Origin: Octopus bimaculoides
Lineage: Eukaryota
Length of the DNA stretch: 64,000 nt
Direction: 5' to 3'
NCBI RefSeq assembly: GCF_001194135.2
Contig: NC_068984.1
Location: forward strand, 130,479,744 to 130,543,743
Shown: one piece after another, positions 14,744 to 27,543 of the stretch
How positions within the stretch are numbered: the first letter of the stretch is position 1
Layout: every line of letters starts with the position of its first letter
The notes under the pieces: model-generated
What the model saw: only the letters and a program-made list of their open reading frames with translations
Database searches by the model: none
What the model was told of the DNA's origin: nothing
Translations under genes and position numbers: made by a program

Positions 14744-17259
14744 TTCTACACCAAAACAATTGGCAGTGAATTAATGATACCTTCATTTAGGACATGAAGA
14801 CATAATTCCCATTCCTTGAAGATTTTAAAGCTCATTTCCAACATCATATTTTGTGTGTACTGGGACTGGGTATGCTGGACATAATTTCAACTGTTTACAT
14901 TTACAGGACTGGACCTAGAAAGCTGTGGCGATTCTCAATTGCTATAATTTTAAACCTGATCTCACTCAGTTTACTTGTTGCTTAATCAACTTTCCTTGGC
15001 AAAAATCCTTACTAGTAGCATAAAATATTTCTGTATTAGAACCTAGCTGTACTACTGTTCCAATATTAAATCCTCATTCTGACTACACCATTGCAACAAA
15101 GCTAACCATGTCTGAGATGGACATTTTAGGTAAAATTCTTAAACAGTTTAAGATTCTTTATTTTCATCTGAGTACAACCGATTTCATAAATATAAATCCA
15201 TATTATAAACTCTGATTCTGGATCATTTTTGTTTGTAGAGAACCACAGCAACAAGAATATTAAATGTTAGCTGGAAATCATTAGTTGATTCTCCTGGTTT
15301 TTGCTTTAGGATCAGTTTTTAATCTGTTTAAAGTTATAATTCTCTGATTAAGTTTTGTAATTTTACATTTTCTATTGAATATTTTAAATTGAATAATCTA
15401 AATTTTCAATTGAACAATCTTAAATTATTGTATGGTTGCGTTTAAACCAATTAATGCAAGGGATTTTGAACTAGATGGGGCTTAGTGTTATCTATAGGCA
15501 GTTGTGAGCTACAGATAATTAACCATATATATCACCTTTGGCATTATCAAGACCCAGATGTTTGATTAGATTCCATCTTTATTGTTGTTAGCTGATAATT
15601 AGAGCTGTCATGTTTACGATAATTACCTAAGTCTACAGCAGTAAATTCAAAACATCAAACAGCTGTAATAACTTAGTGTCATAATTCACTAACATTATCC
15701 TCCTCGTTGTACAATATTAAAACTGTTTTTGATATCAAACTAGTAGTCACCTTAAACAGTTTTGGCCATGTGCAAGCATGCAAAACACATGCAACACCAC
15801 AACAAAATTAGCAGAACAATGATATAACAGACCTGTAGATAGACATAGTGTGCAGATACCAAATGGATATGTTTACGTATGAATAACTGAATGCTATAAC
15901 TGTAACAATATAGACTGCTCAAGTAGGGTTAACTGGGAGCTATATATAATCCTGTTTTGTAATAGGATTGACTATTACCATATATGGTATGAAACAAAAC
16001 CCCCCAAACACCAAAACTTAGGCAACACCAATAGTTCCTTCCACTGGCTTAAAATATAAACCTTCATGTATGGGTCATTGCCACAGATGGCTGGGATACT
16101 GTATAATTGTTGAGTGTTTTATAGGCAAGCAATGCTAAGCCTAAAAAGGTTTTGCAATAGAAACCTGAAGAGACAGAACTTCTGAGTTTCAGAAAGCTCA
16201 AATGTGCTACAAATGCCTACTGCTTTTTTTTTTTAATCTGTACCAACCAACATGACTGCCATTCAACATGAAATGCATATTGTGGACAGTTCCACATTTT
16301 CAGGAGTCCAAGGTGTTAAATAATAACAGTAATAACGACTCACCATTGTCGCCATGTATCGTATGCCTTTTGCAGTGCATATCTGACACTACCCTGAAAG
16401 TTTAAATGATTAAGTACAAGTCCTCTCATCAAATGAAGTTACAGCATTACTTTCGTTGAGACTTTCTCATAGTATTTTCTTGGCAGAGATATTGGGCTGG
16501 TTTGCCATTGCCTTCCCCAACTGGATGGGCATTGGCCCACAAGGAGCTCATCTGCCCTTCAGCAGGTCTTGTTTTTAGTCCTGCTGGTTATCCAGACACT
16601 ATCCTCTCATAAGAGTGGCAGGCTATTCAACTGGTGGAGCTGGTTTAGTTGCCGACCACTCAACCATGGAAGAGGAAATACTGGTTTTACATGGTACCAG
16701 TTGCAGGTCTCATCAGCCTGTGATGAGATCCCCGGCTTGACATAAACATTGTCTACTTCTACATAAAAACCTCTTTACACAGTCAACTAACATGCTAAAA
16801 ATAGCAGCTGTTTCTTCCTCGAATCACACCCTAATGTATTAAAAAATGGAATGACACATTGGAGAATGTAGTCATAAATATACAAAAAGACTGTCAATGA
16901 CAGTACAATTAATTAAAATGATAGTTGTGGTTGGAATGCTGACCTGAGGCTAAACCACAACTAACAACTATGACAACTTCTACATACAACCCTCAAGTAG
17001 AGGTAGGCCTCCAATATCCCTACGTTGGATATCTAGAAAATTTTCCCATAAAAGATATCTAAGAAAATCATCAGATCCCAATGATGTTACTGACAGTTCC
17101 TTGTAGAGTTTCTGACCAATCATAAAGACCGGCATGTTGTGGGTTTTAGTCAATGAGGATGAAGGAGAAACACACAGGATTTGAACTTTGCTGTATACAG
17201 ACGTCAATACATCCCTGGCAACTATTGGTGGTAGGTAGCCCTTAGATAATAGTGTGGAA

Positions 17260-17660
17260 AGTAATGATAATGATGTAACGGTGGTGCTGTTGCTGATGCT
17301 GGTGATGGTGCTGCTTCTGATTGTGAACACAATAGTGCAGTTGATTACGATGATGATGATGATGATGATGATAATGATGATGATAATGATAGTGGTGTTG
17401 AAAATGGTAACAATAATGATGATGATGATGATGATAGAAGAATTAATAATGATGATAATGGTGGTGGTGATGATGATGATGATGATGGTAACGCTAGTGA
17501 TAGTGGTAGCCATGCAGGTGTCAATGGCAGTAACTACTAATTAAGGTAATAGTGGAAATATTGGTTACAACGTTGACAGCGATGATGATGATGACGACGA
17601 CAATGATGACGATGATGATGATGATGATAATGGTGATGATGATGATGTTGATGATGATGA
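17260..17660 (+). repeat. (GAT/GGT)n microsatellite tract
   Basis: Direct reading; similar tracts at 38945-39090 and 59180-59580. Confidence 0.95.
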
Positions 17661-17669
17661 CAAACTTAC

Positions 17670-17690
17670 CTTTCACATGAATACCGTTCT
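17670..17690 (-). CDS. ASAP: 21-nt microexon A (ENGIHVK)
   Basis: ttttcttgattttgttttcttgccctcag|AGAACGGTATTCATGTGAAAG|gtaagt; strong sites, phase 1-1, open; paralogous to microexon B. Confidence 0.68.
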
Positions 17691-20600
17691 CTGAGGGCAA
17701 GAAAACAAAATCAAGAAAAAAAAAAAGACAAACAAATGAAGGAAAAAAAAACCCCAAAAAATATTCCTAGAATGATAGCAAAGCTGAGTTTTCCTTTTTT
17801 TTTTTTGAGATGTGGGTGGGGGAATATCTCTGATGTTTGAACTGGCAAATTACTATGACAACAACAGCAACAAAAACAAAAATAAATAAATAAAAAAAAA
17901 AGACCGAACCATACAAAACAGCAAACCGCTACCTAAACATGAACCAGCAAGAAAGGGTCAGTCAAATCTTCAACACGCTCCCTAGGGATCTTTAAAATAG
18001 GGACCACATTAGGTTAGCAGGAAAGAATCAATATATTCAGTTTCTTCCAATCTGTGTAGCAGCCAGATGTTCTTTCAGCAAACTCCTTAGTGACGTTAAT
18101 ATAAAGATTATTAGTTGTCTTTCTGTCTTTTACTTGTTTCAGTCATTGGACTGTGACCATGCTGGGGCACTGCCTTGAAGGGTGCCCCAGCATGGTCACA
18201 GTTGAACATATCAACCCCCATACATGTTTCGTACTTATTCTATTGGCCTCTTTTGCTGAGTTGCAAAGTAATGGGGATGCAAACAAACCAACACAAGCAC
18301 ACACACACATGATGGGTTTCCACAGTTTCCATCTATCAAATTTAATTAGAAGGAAGAGCACCCACTACACTCTCTGAGTGGTTGGCGGTAGGAAGGGCAT
18401 CCAGCTGTAGAAACACTGCCAAATCAGATTGGGGCCTGGTGTAGCCATCTGGTTTCACCAGTCCTCAGTCAAATCGTCCAACCCATGCTAGCATGGAAAG
18501 CGGACGTTAAACGACGATGATGATGATGATGATGATGATTGACCAGAGGCGATAGCAGAAGACATTTGCTTAAGGTGCCATGCAGTAGTACTGAACCTGA
18601 AACCACATGGTTGCACACTCTCACACACACACATCATCACCATCACATATATGACATACACTTATAAACACACAAATATACATAAATATAACCCCACCAC
18701 CCATTCACATACACATTCCAACACACATGCACACACATTTGTGTGATAATGTCCCGGAAAAAGACACTTTTTAAAACCCCCTTTTTTGGGGTACAAACTC
18801 ATCCAAGACGAATCCTGGTTCTGTGATACAAACTCCCCGTTTTAAAGTGATGTAAATTATAACTTTACTTCAAAATTTCATGTCAATTTATGTTACAAAC
18901 AAGAGCTTAATAATGACTAAGTTATTTTAATAAAGTCCTCATTATTTCAAAATTAATTGGACATAGACATTTTATTTCCCTGCTCTTTTGTCTTGCAAGT
19001 TACATTGCAATTTCACTAGAGCTTATGCCATGTAAAAAGCACCTAGTACACTCTGTAAAGTGGTTGGCATTAGAAAGGGCATCCAGCTGTAGAAACCATA
19101 CCAGAGCTGACATTGGAGCTTGATGTGGGCTTGCAGCTTGTGGGATGTGAAACCATCCTACTTATGCTAGCATGAAAAGTGGACTTTAAATTATGATGAT
19201 GATGATGACGACAACAACAAGGAATATTGTTACAAAAGGATTGAGGACATGTTCCAAGACCAAAGTTTCTGCAATGAAACACAAATGGCATCTCATCAGG
19301 TTGGGCCAAACTGGAAGATTTCACCCCACCCACCCAATCAGACCTTGTGAAGTAAGCAAGCCCTGCAGTAGAATCAGAAATCAAAAGAGATGCTTGAAGA
19401 GAAACTCTTAGCACTGAGGATGATTGCTGACCAAGTGTGCTGGAGAACTTTGCCAATGACCTCATGTGTGGAATGCTTTCATGTGTTGGAAGATAGATTC
19501 TAAACCAAATAGTGACAAGTTGCCATCACATCAACAATAGACAAAATGAAAGGAGACTATATGTTGGAAGAAAGTCTGGTCAGAAAAGAGGATACATAGA
19601 CAGAGCAATAAACATACATATATGCATACAGATACACATTCATCAGAGACAAACAATCACTTGCAAAGGAGTCTCTATATCAGTGCTCCACAACTGGTAT
19701 GCCATGGCACACTCGTGCGCAACAAGATAATGCTAGGTGTGCCACAGTGTAACCTGAGCATAACTTTTTTCCCAATACTATCAGCTACATTTTTAGTTCA
19801 GCTGTGCCACCAAATTTTGAAAAGAATATAAATGTACCACAAGTGAAAAAAGGTTGCAGAGCATTGTTCTGTGTCACTATTCAACCTGTTTAGAAATAGA
19901 AGCCAACTCTTCCTCAAATAACAGTGCTGTATACATTATGTTCTAAAAAACAAACAGACAGGATGGTCATAACTGGAATGTCTTTTACTATTGATCTGCT
20001 TGATCAGGATTAACCGGAGAGTTAATCGGAGAGACTACAAAAACAGGCTGTTTACAAATAAATGGGGAAACTAAATAGACAAGAGAAGTATAGGAATGTT
20101 AAAGCATGACCTTTCGGTCAGGTAACAATGGTCCCAACTAGTGGGTCTAATTGGCACTGTGTTGGTTATGATGACGAGGATTCCAGCTGATTCGATTAAC
20201 AGAACAGCCTGCTCATAAAATTAACATGCAAGTAGATGAGTACAGACAACACAGACATGTGTACCCTTAATGTAATTCTCAGGGAGATTCAGTGTGACAC
20301 AGAATGTGACAAAACTGGCCCTTTGAATTACAGACATAATTCATTTTTGCCAGCTGGGTGGACTGGATCAACATGAAATAGAGTGTCTTGCTCAAGGTCA
20401 CAACATGCCAACAGGAATCAAAATCAGGACTCTAAGCCAAATACGCTAACCACTAAGCCACACATCTTCACAACTAGTAGGTGGACTTATCCTAGCATAC
20501 AGGAATGAAAAAAGATGATGATAATGATAATATCAATGATGACTGCTATATTTCAAATCCCAAAGAAGGGAAATATGATGGATTTAATAATTAAGAAACA

Positions 20601-21327
20601 CAGACATAAGTTGATGAGCATTTGCATAGAATAGAAAAAAATGATGCCAGAAATGTCATGTGACAAATGTAGCAGGTAACAGAAATTCCAAGTGGTAGAA
20701 GTGCCAAGTGACAGAGGTGGAAAGTGTGTCAAAGACATTGAAAATGATGACAGCAGGGGTCACTTATAAAGCTCAGTTGTCATTGGTGAGCATTGAATAC
20801 AGACAGGAAAATTCAGGATTCAATGGTATGGTTCTTACACTAAAACTGCTCATTTACATCAACCAATGGAATGAAAAATTAATTGGGAAAGAATCAAAAG
20901 ACATTATGTGCAGGAGAGATGACTGTGCTGGTTTCGAGGACTAATATGACTGAATGATGCATGCTGGGTAAAACAGCTTTCAGAGGTGAAAGTGGAAAGA
21001 CTGCTGTTGACCAGAGAAGAATTTGAGTTTTAAATCAGAGAAGGTTGGGCCTCACAGATAATATGACATGCATGACAAATAACGCATACAACCCTTTCGC
21101 ACATGGAGAGAAAAATAATGATGATATTGGTAATAATGTAGAATATATATTTGAGTTCACACAAACACACACACACACACAAAGTAAAAAAATACATGCA
21201 AACAGTTTCTAGTTGTTTGATTAGAAATGGTATGAAACCTTTCACAACTCAGTGGTGAATAAGAAACCATGAAACATTTTGGCTGAACAAGTACCAGAAT
21301 CTTGTTCTCAGCCTTAAGAGTAAGATG

Positions 21328-21375
<48 letters not shown>

Positions 21376-23863
21376 NNNNNNNNNNNNNNNNNNNNNNNNN
21401 NNNNNNNNNNNNNNNNNNNNNNNNNNNNNNNNNNNNNNNNNNNNNNNNNNNNNNNNNNNNNNNNNNNNNNNNNNNNNNNNNNNNNNNNNNNNNNNNNNNN
21501 NNNNNNNNNNNNNNNNNNNNNNNNNNNNNNNNNNNNNNNNNNNNNNNNNNNNNNNNNNNNNNNNNNNNNNNNNNNNNNNNNNNNNNNNNNNNNNNNNNNN
21601 NNNNNNNNNNNNNNNNNNNNNNNNNNNNNNNNNNNNNNNNNNNNNNNNNNNNNNNNNNNNNNNNNNNNNNNNNNNNNNNNNNNNNNNNNNNNNNNNNNNN
21701 NNNNNNNNNNNNNNNNNNNNNNNNNNNNNNNNNNNNNNNNNNNNNNNNNNNNNNNNNNNNNNNNNNNNNNNNNNNNNNNNNNNNNNNNNNNNNNNNNNNN
21801 NNNNNNNNNNNNNNNNNNNNNNNNNNNNNNNNNNNNNNNNNNNNNNNNNNNNNNNNNNNNNNNNNNNNNNNNNNNNNNNNNNNNNNNNNNNNNNNNGAGT
21901 TTAAAGAACTAAAAATGGTTATATCTCCTCATGGAACAGTGTCCCTCATTTGGTGAAGAAGAATTTCAAAAACTAACCATCTGCAAAATACTGGAAGTAT
22001 CTTTAAAGAAAAAAAGGCATGAGTATAAAAAAAAAAAAAAAGAATCATGAAAATAAATGAAGATGGTAGAAAAATATTTCTGGAGAAGATTATGAGGAAT
22101 GATGATGCCAAGCAGAAATGGCTAACAGACAAATAAAATGTGTTACAGTGCAGAGACAGGGAGACATGTTGTGCAAAGATAAAACAGTGGATATTCTGAG
22201 ATATAAGATTATAAATAAACATGAAGGATATTCTTTTAAAACAGCTCCATAATATATGGGGTATGGCATATAGTTTAACATTGATATGTGTTGAAGATTT
22301 TTGTTTTTCTAAACTGAAACATATTGTCAATTCTACTGGATACGACATGTAATGTTATGGAGATAAAATACATATGTGAGATAATACATTCTACATTTAA
22401 ACATGTTAAAATAATATGCTATAGAATGTGGGATACAACACAGCATGTGATATCTTCTATTATACAGCTCTACAACATGTGGGATATTCTGTTACACAAC
22501 ACTATACTACATGGAGTATTCTACTTAGACACCGTTTACAATATATATATATATATATATATATAGAACATTCTAGGAAAACTACATGGGTTATTGTTAT
22601 GCAATATCTTACATAGTATATGTATTGTTGTACAACATCAAACATGTGGGATACTCTGTTAAAATACCATCAAAGCATATGAAACATTGTTATACAACAT
22701 TAAACATGTAGGACAATCTTTATTACAGTACTTACAATATAGGGATATATATATTGTTATACAATACTACAACATGTGCATGTAGGCCATTATTTCATAT
22801 ACAACACAATGAGATGAAATACTATTTTACAGGGTGAAAATAAATATGATTTGATACTTTGGAAGAAAGGAGTATAAAAGAGGGGGATATCAGAGAAAGC
22901 AGTGTTATACATAATGATAACTCACTCATAATATTTGAACTTATAACCAGCAGCTTAACTATTCATATATATATTATACATTTGGATGTATAAATGGGAG
23001 AAATTACTCAATGCATGTAGTAGAGTTTATCTATTCATTCACAACTGATGAATCAGAAACACGAATTCTTTATCAGTTTATTCATCATCTTGTCACCTAA
23101 ACGATCAAATGCACAGTGAAAGAAACTTGGGGTTGTGACTGAGCGAATCATTAATTTGAATGAAAAGGATGGGTCTAAATCATCCTGGCAGTAGGCACTC
23201 CAGTGTGTATTTGACTAACAGGGTACTCGGATCAATTTTACCTGTTAACTATTTAAAATGCTTGATGAAACGGTCTGGTTACATGATCATGGAATTGAGT
23301 AGAATAATGAGCAAATTACCATGCTATGGAAATGTACTTTGCATAATTTGAACAACATCTCTATTTATGTTCTTTTATTATATATATATATATGCACCAG
23401 TTCCAATTAGGTTTATTGTAGCCTTCTGCTCAATATTTCGGTGAGTGTATGAGTGTGAAAGTTAGAAATTGCTACCTTCATCTGACCGAAGCTCATCCTG
23501 GATAGAATACAGTAGAACAACCAACTGCTGACTGAAAGAGTCGACATGTCCCTGCACAGCCTTCATGGCTTTGAGTGAGGATATTTGAGAGTAGCTGTGG
23601 CCCATTCAAAACCAAGTTACTGCTGTACATAGTCCTTCTCCAGTAAAGACAGGGCTGGAACTTTTCACTATAAAAATGCAGTGGCATACTGTTTAGAGAT
23701 TTGCACAGGTTTCAATGTCAACTAATTATGTCAGGTAATTTCATTTCAGAGATCAAAAAGAATCATTTTGCTGCTTGAAACAGAAAAGAAGACAAAGAAA
23801 GAAATAGAGAGAGAGAGAGAGGAGAAAAAAAGGAGGATGACACAAAAGAAAGGAAATTCTTAC

Positions 23864-23903
23864 CTCTCCGATTCTGCAGGCTTTTGTAATACCACCTTGG
23901 AAC
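23864..23903 (-). CDS. ASAP: Candidate 40-nt ASAP exon (GSKVVLQKPAESE)
   Basis: Long pyrimidine tract ...ttcttgtccctgacag|...GAG|gtaaga; open from phase 1 but ends in phase 2, so it needs a compensating exon. Confidence 0.5.
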
Positions 23904-24369
23904 CTGTCAGGGACAAGAATGGTGAAAAAAAACAAACTTCAGTATTTGATTGACAGCCATATAAACACAAAGACCAAATCCCCGGTGTTGGTCCCCATCC
24001 CTATAACCCATCTACCCTGACCTCTCCACTCCCACTCTGTTCTATAACTCTGTTTGTTCCTCGTTAAGTCGATGGTGACAGAAATTCCAAACTTTGGAAC
24101 AGGACCATGAACTGGTAGAGGAAAGGCACAATCAATTTACTAGATCTCAGTAATGGATAAGAAACCATTACATCAATTCTAGAAGGATCTGAGGCAAAAA
24201 TTGAGGCAACCTCAGCAGGATTTGGGATGAGAACATGAAAAATGACATAACTAAATACTGCAAGATTGTCAGACAAGCACTCTCATGCTTCTGCCTCATG
24301 ACAACCTCATCATCCTCCTCCTCCTCATCATTATCATCGTGGTGATGGTGGTCAAGATGATGATTGCAT

Positions 24370-25273
24370 CTAACTCGGGTACCTTGAGAACAAAGGCACG
24401 TTTGATTTAATTAACCCCAGTATTTGTTTGGTACTTATTTTATCACATCAGAAAGGATGAAAGGCTAAGTCAACCATGACAGGATTTGAACATTGAAGTA
24501 TCTCCAATGTTCAACTGGCACTATATTTTGTTGGTCCCCAAGGTTCATTTTGGTGGGATTTGAACTCAGAACATAAAGCGCTAGATGAAATGCCACTCAG
24601 CATTTTATCCAATGCTCTAACAATTCTGTCAAACTTGCTGCCTTAATCCCATCCAATAATAATAATAATAATAACTATGCTGGATCATAGATATAGCATG
24701 CCCAGCTGACAACAAGGTATGCAATAAGGAAGAAAGAAAAGTTGAGAGATATGACAGGTTAGCTTGGGAAGTTAAGCAGTTGTGGTCGATGAAAAAGGTA
24801 GCAGTAGTACCAATCATTGTCGGAGCCCTGGCAACAGTGAGCAAAAATTTCGAGAAGTAAGTGGAACAAATAGGGGCTGCAATTAGGGTGGAGCACTTGC
24901 AGAAAACAGCACTGCTTGGAACCACTTGAATACTCCGGAAGGTGATTGAAAAATAAGAGGTGTCACCTTAGTTCACTGGTAGTGAACAGCTGACATTGTA
25001 GTACATCTCCAGCGTTAGAAGCTGTGCAAAGGCAATAATAATAATAATAATCTCTTCTACTGGAAGCACAAGGCCTCAAATTTGGGGGAAGGGATTAAGT
25101 CAATTACATTGACCCCCAGTGCGTAACTGGTACTTATTTAATCAATCCCGAAAGAATGAAAGGCAAAGTCAACCCGGGCGGAATTTAAACTCAGTCAGAA
25201 TGTAGCAACTGGTGAAATACCACTATGCATTTGATTCCATCCAGCGTGCTAACGATTCTGCCAGCTCGCCACC

Positions 25274-25317
<44 letters not shown>

Positions 25318-25860
25318 TTAAGGCACAAGGCCTGAAATTTGGCATGAGAACACTGGTTGATTACATCAACCCCAGTGTTTCACTGGTACTTAATTTATTG
25401 ATTCTGAAAGGATGAAAGGCAAAGTCAACCTCAGCGGAATTTGAACTCAGAACGTAGTGGCAGATGAAATACCACTAAGCATTTCGTCCAGCCTTAATAA
25501 TAATCCTTTCTATTAAAGGCACAAGGCCTGAAATTTTTAGGGGTGGGGACGAGTCGGTTACATCCACCCCAGTGTTTCGCTGATGCTTAATTTATCGATC
25601 CGAAAAGGATGCAAAGCAAAGTTGACCTCAGCGGAATGATATTAATAATAATAATAATAATGCACAAGGTCAGCAATTTTGTGGGGAAGGGGTTGATTAC
25701 ACTGACCCCAGTACTCAACCTGTACTTATTTTATCAATCCCAAAAGGATGAAAGACTAAGTCAACTCCAGCAAATGTAAAGAGCTGGAAAAAATGTTGCT
25801 AGGTATTTTGTCTGATGCTCAAACAATTCTGCCAGCTCACTGCCTTAATAATGATGATGA
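24370..25860 (-). mobile_element. Chain of about 6 tRNA-derived SINE copies of one family, separated by (TAA)n
   Basis: Repeated motif GGCGAGCTGGCAGAAT...GAGTTCAAAT...GTTGACTTTGCCTTTCATCCTTT...GTACCAGT...CTGGGG on the minus strand near 24460, 24540, 25160, 25410, 25610 and 25745. Confidence 0.85.
24674..25050 (+). mobile_element. 5'-truncated non-LTR retrotransposon, RLE-type (Dong/R4-like), degenerate
   Basis: Translates CWIIDIACPADNKVCNKEERKVERYDRLAWEVKQLWSMKKVAVVPIIVGALATVSKNFEK*VEQIGAAIRVEHLQKTALLGTT*ILRKVIEK*, which fits the C-terminal restriction-like endonuclease region; short 3'UTR and (TAA)n tail; flanked by (TAA)n. Confidence 0.82.
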
Positions 25861-26010
25861 TAGTAGTAATAGTAGTAGTAGTAGTAGTAGCAATAAGGAT
25901 AAGAACAACATTAACAATAACAGAAGAAAGACAAAGAACAGAGAAAAACTAAAAAGAAAGTCTTGGAGGTTAGGCTGAAGGAAAGAGGTGTTTAGTAATT
26001 TGAAACAGAG

Positions 26011-26067
<57 letters not shown>

Positions 26068-27112
26068 GTAGTAAGTGATGAGTGTCTTGGCTCAGTGGTT
26101 GAGCTATATTCCTGGAAATGTCAGTGAGTGTCTGTGAAGAAAAAAAAAAGCAAAAAAAAACAAACAAAGTCCAAGAAGAAAGCAGGGGGGGGGGTCCTGT
26201 AAAAATGAAAGCAGAAAGTGATATTGTTGAGTGATGCAGCATTGCATAAAAGTAAAAAAGCAAGATACACACAGCCGTAAGAGGTGCAACAGTACGTAAG
26301 GAAGCTGTACAGTTAGGAGAAGGATGCAGATGCGTAATGAAGGCATGCAAAGGAAATGGATGCAGTTGCGTATGGAATAGACATGTGATATCCTGAGATT
26401 TGAAATACATTTGTAGTCATTAAGTGCAGATAATATTTCTGTTATTTTATGGCTGCAAGTAAATTTGAGGATCTTATATCCAGAAATAACAGTTAAGGTT
26501 GCAACTATGAAGCAACAGTGATAGTAAAACTTCATGTGTGCTTGTATGTTGTTCCCTAGAATACAGTTAATACAAGGGAGATAATCATTTCTTCAGAATA
26601 TTTGGTGGGATTAGAAGTTTGAATTTGGAATAAGAAAATGCACAAATATTTATGTCTGTATGTATACATACTAATGTCTTACTAAACTTATGAAATTCAC
26701 TCTTCCCAATGCCAACAAACAACCTATCAAAATCAACAACATTCTCACCTCATAAGAAATTCTTTGAGCAACTCCACAAACAGAACCCAACAATCCAGAT
26801 TAAGAATTAAAGAATCAACCAGCTCCTATTACTGAATAAAACCCAATCCTTGGATATATATGTATGTATGATTTATACACACATACATATATATATAGTA
26901 TTAATTTATACACACATACATGTATATAGTATTAATAAAATACAGAAAACATATATGGTATTTTAAATTTTATATCAAATATCTTTTCTGATTAATAATT
27001 ATTAGTGGCAGAAGCAGTAATAATACCAAAAGGTAATATTTATCCCCACTATGTATCATACTTAATGTATATACACTGTTGATAGGCCAGTTACTGTGTC
27101 ATTTGTCCTGAG

Positions 27113-27543
27113 ATAAGTACATTTATTAAAGCAGACCAGCCTTCACTTGTTTTGTCAGAAATGAAAAGATGCCCCAGCAGGGGCCAGCAAGAGTACCAGA
27201 TGCATTTTGGCTTTTGTGCAGAGCAGGAATACCTTTACCTATGAAAGCCAAACTTAAAATTAAGTGATTAAATACTAGACAGTACAGGTGTAAAACTCTG
27301 TTATCTTTCTTTTATTTAACTCCTGTCATTTTTACTCTTAAGAAAGTCTGTCCAAAATGTTCGATACTCCACACACAATGACAATTTCACTATACATTTT
27401 CCGTTACTTAAATGCAGGTCATGTCAAAGCAGACCAATACTAATTGCCTTGGATTATGTTTTATCTGATATATTTCAGCTAATGTTGTAACTGATTTCTG
27501 ACAAAACAAGTGAAAGCTGGTCTGTTTTAATAGATGTACTTAT
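27113..27543. repeat. 50-bp inverted repeat pair (47/50) with 331-bp spacer
   Basis: 27113-27162 versus the reverse complement of 27494-27543. Confidence 0.9.

Noticed and set aside
16980-17544. 177-aa Ile-rich ORF with a complex-looking C-terminal half
   Set aside because: The first half is microsatellite. The rest has no recognisable motif, and no acceptor puts it in frame with microexon A.
26104-26535. 143-146-aa overlapping minus-strand ORFs
   Set aside because: No motif and no phase-compatible donor; partly GA microsatellite.
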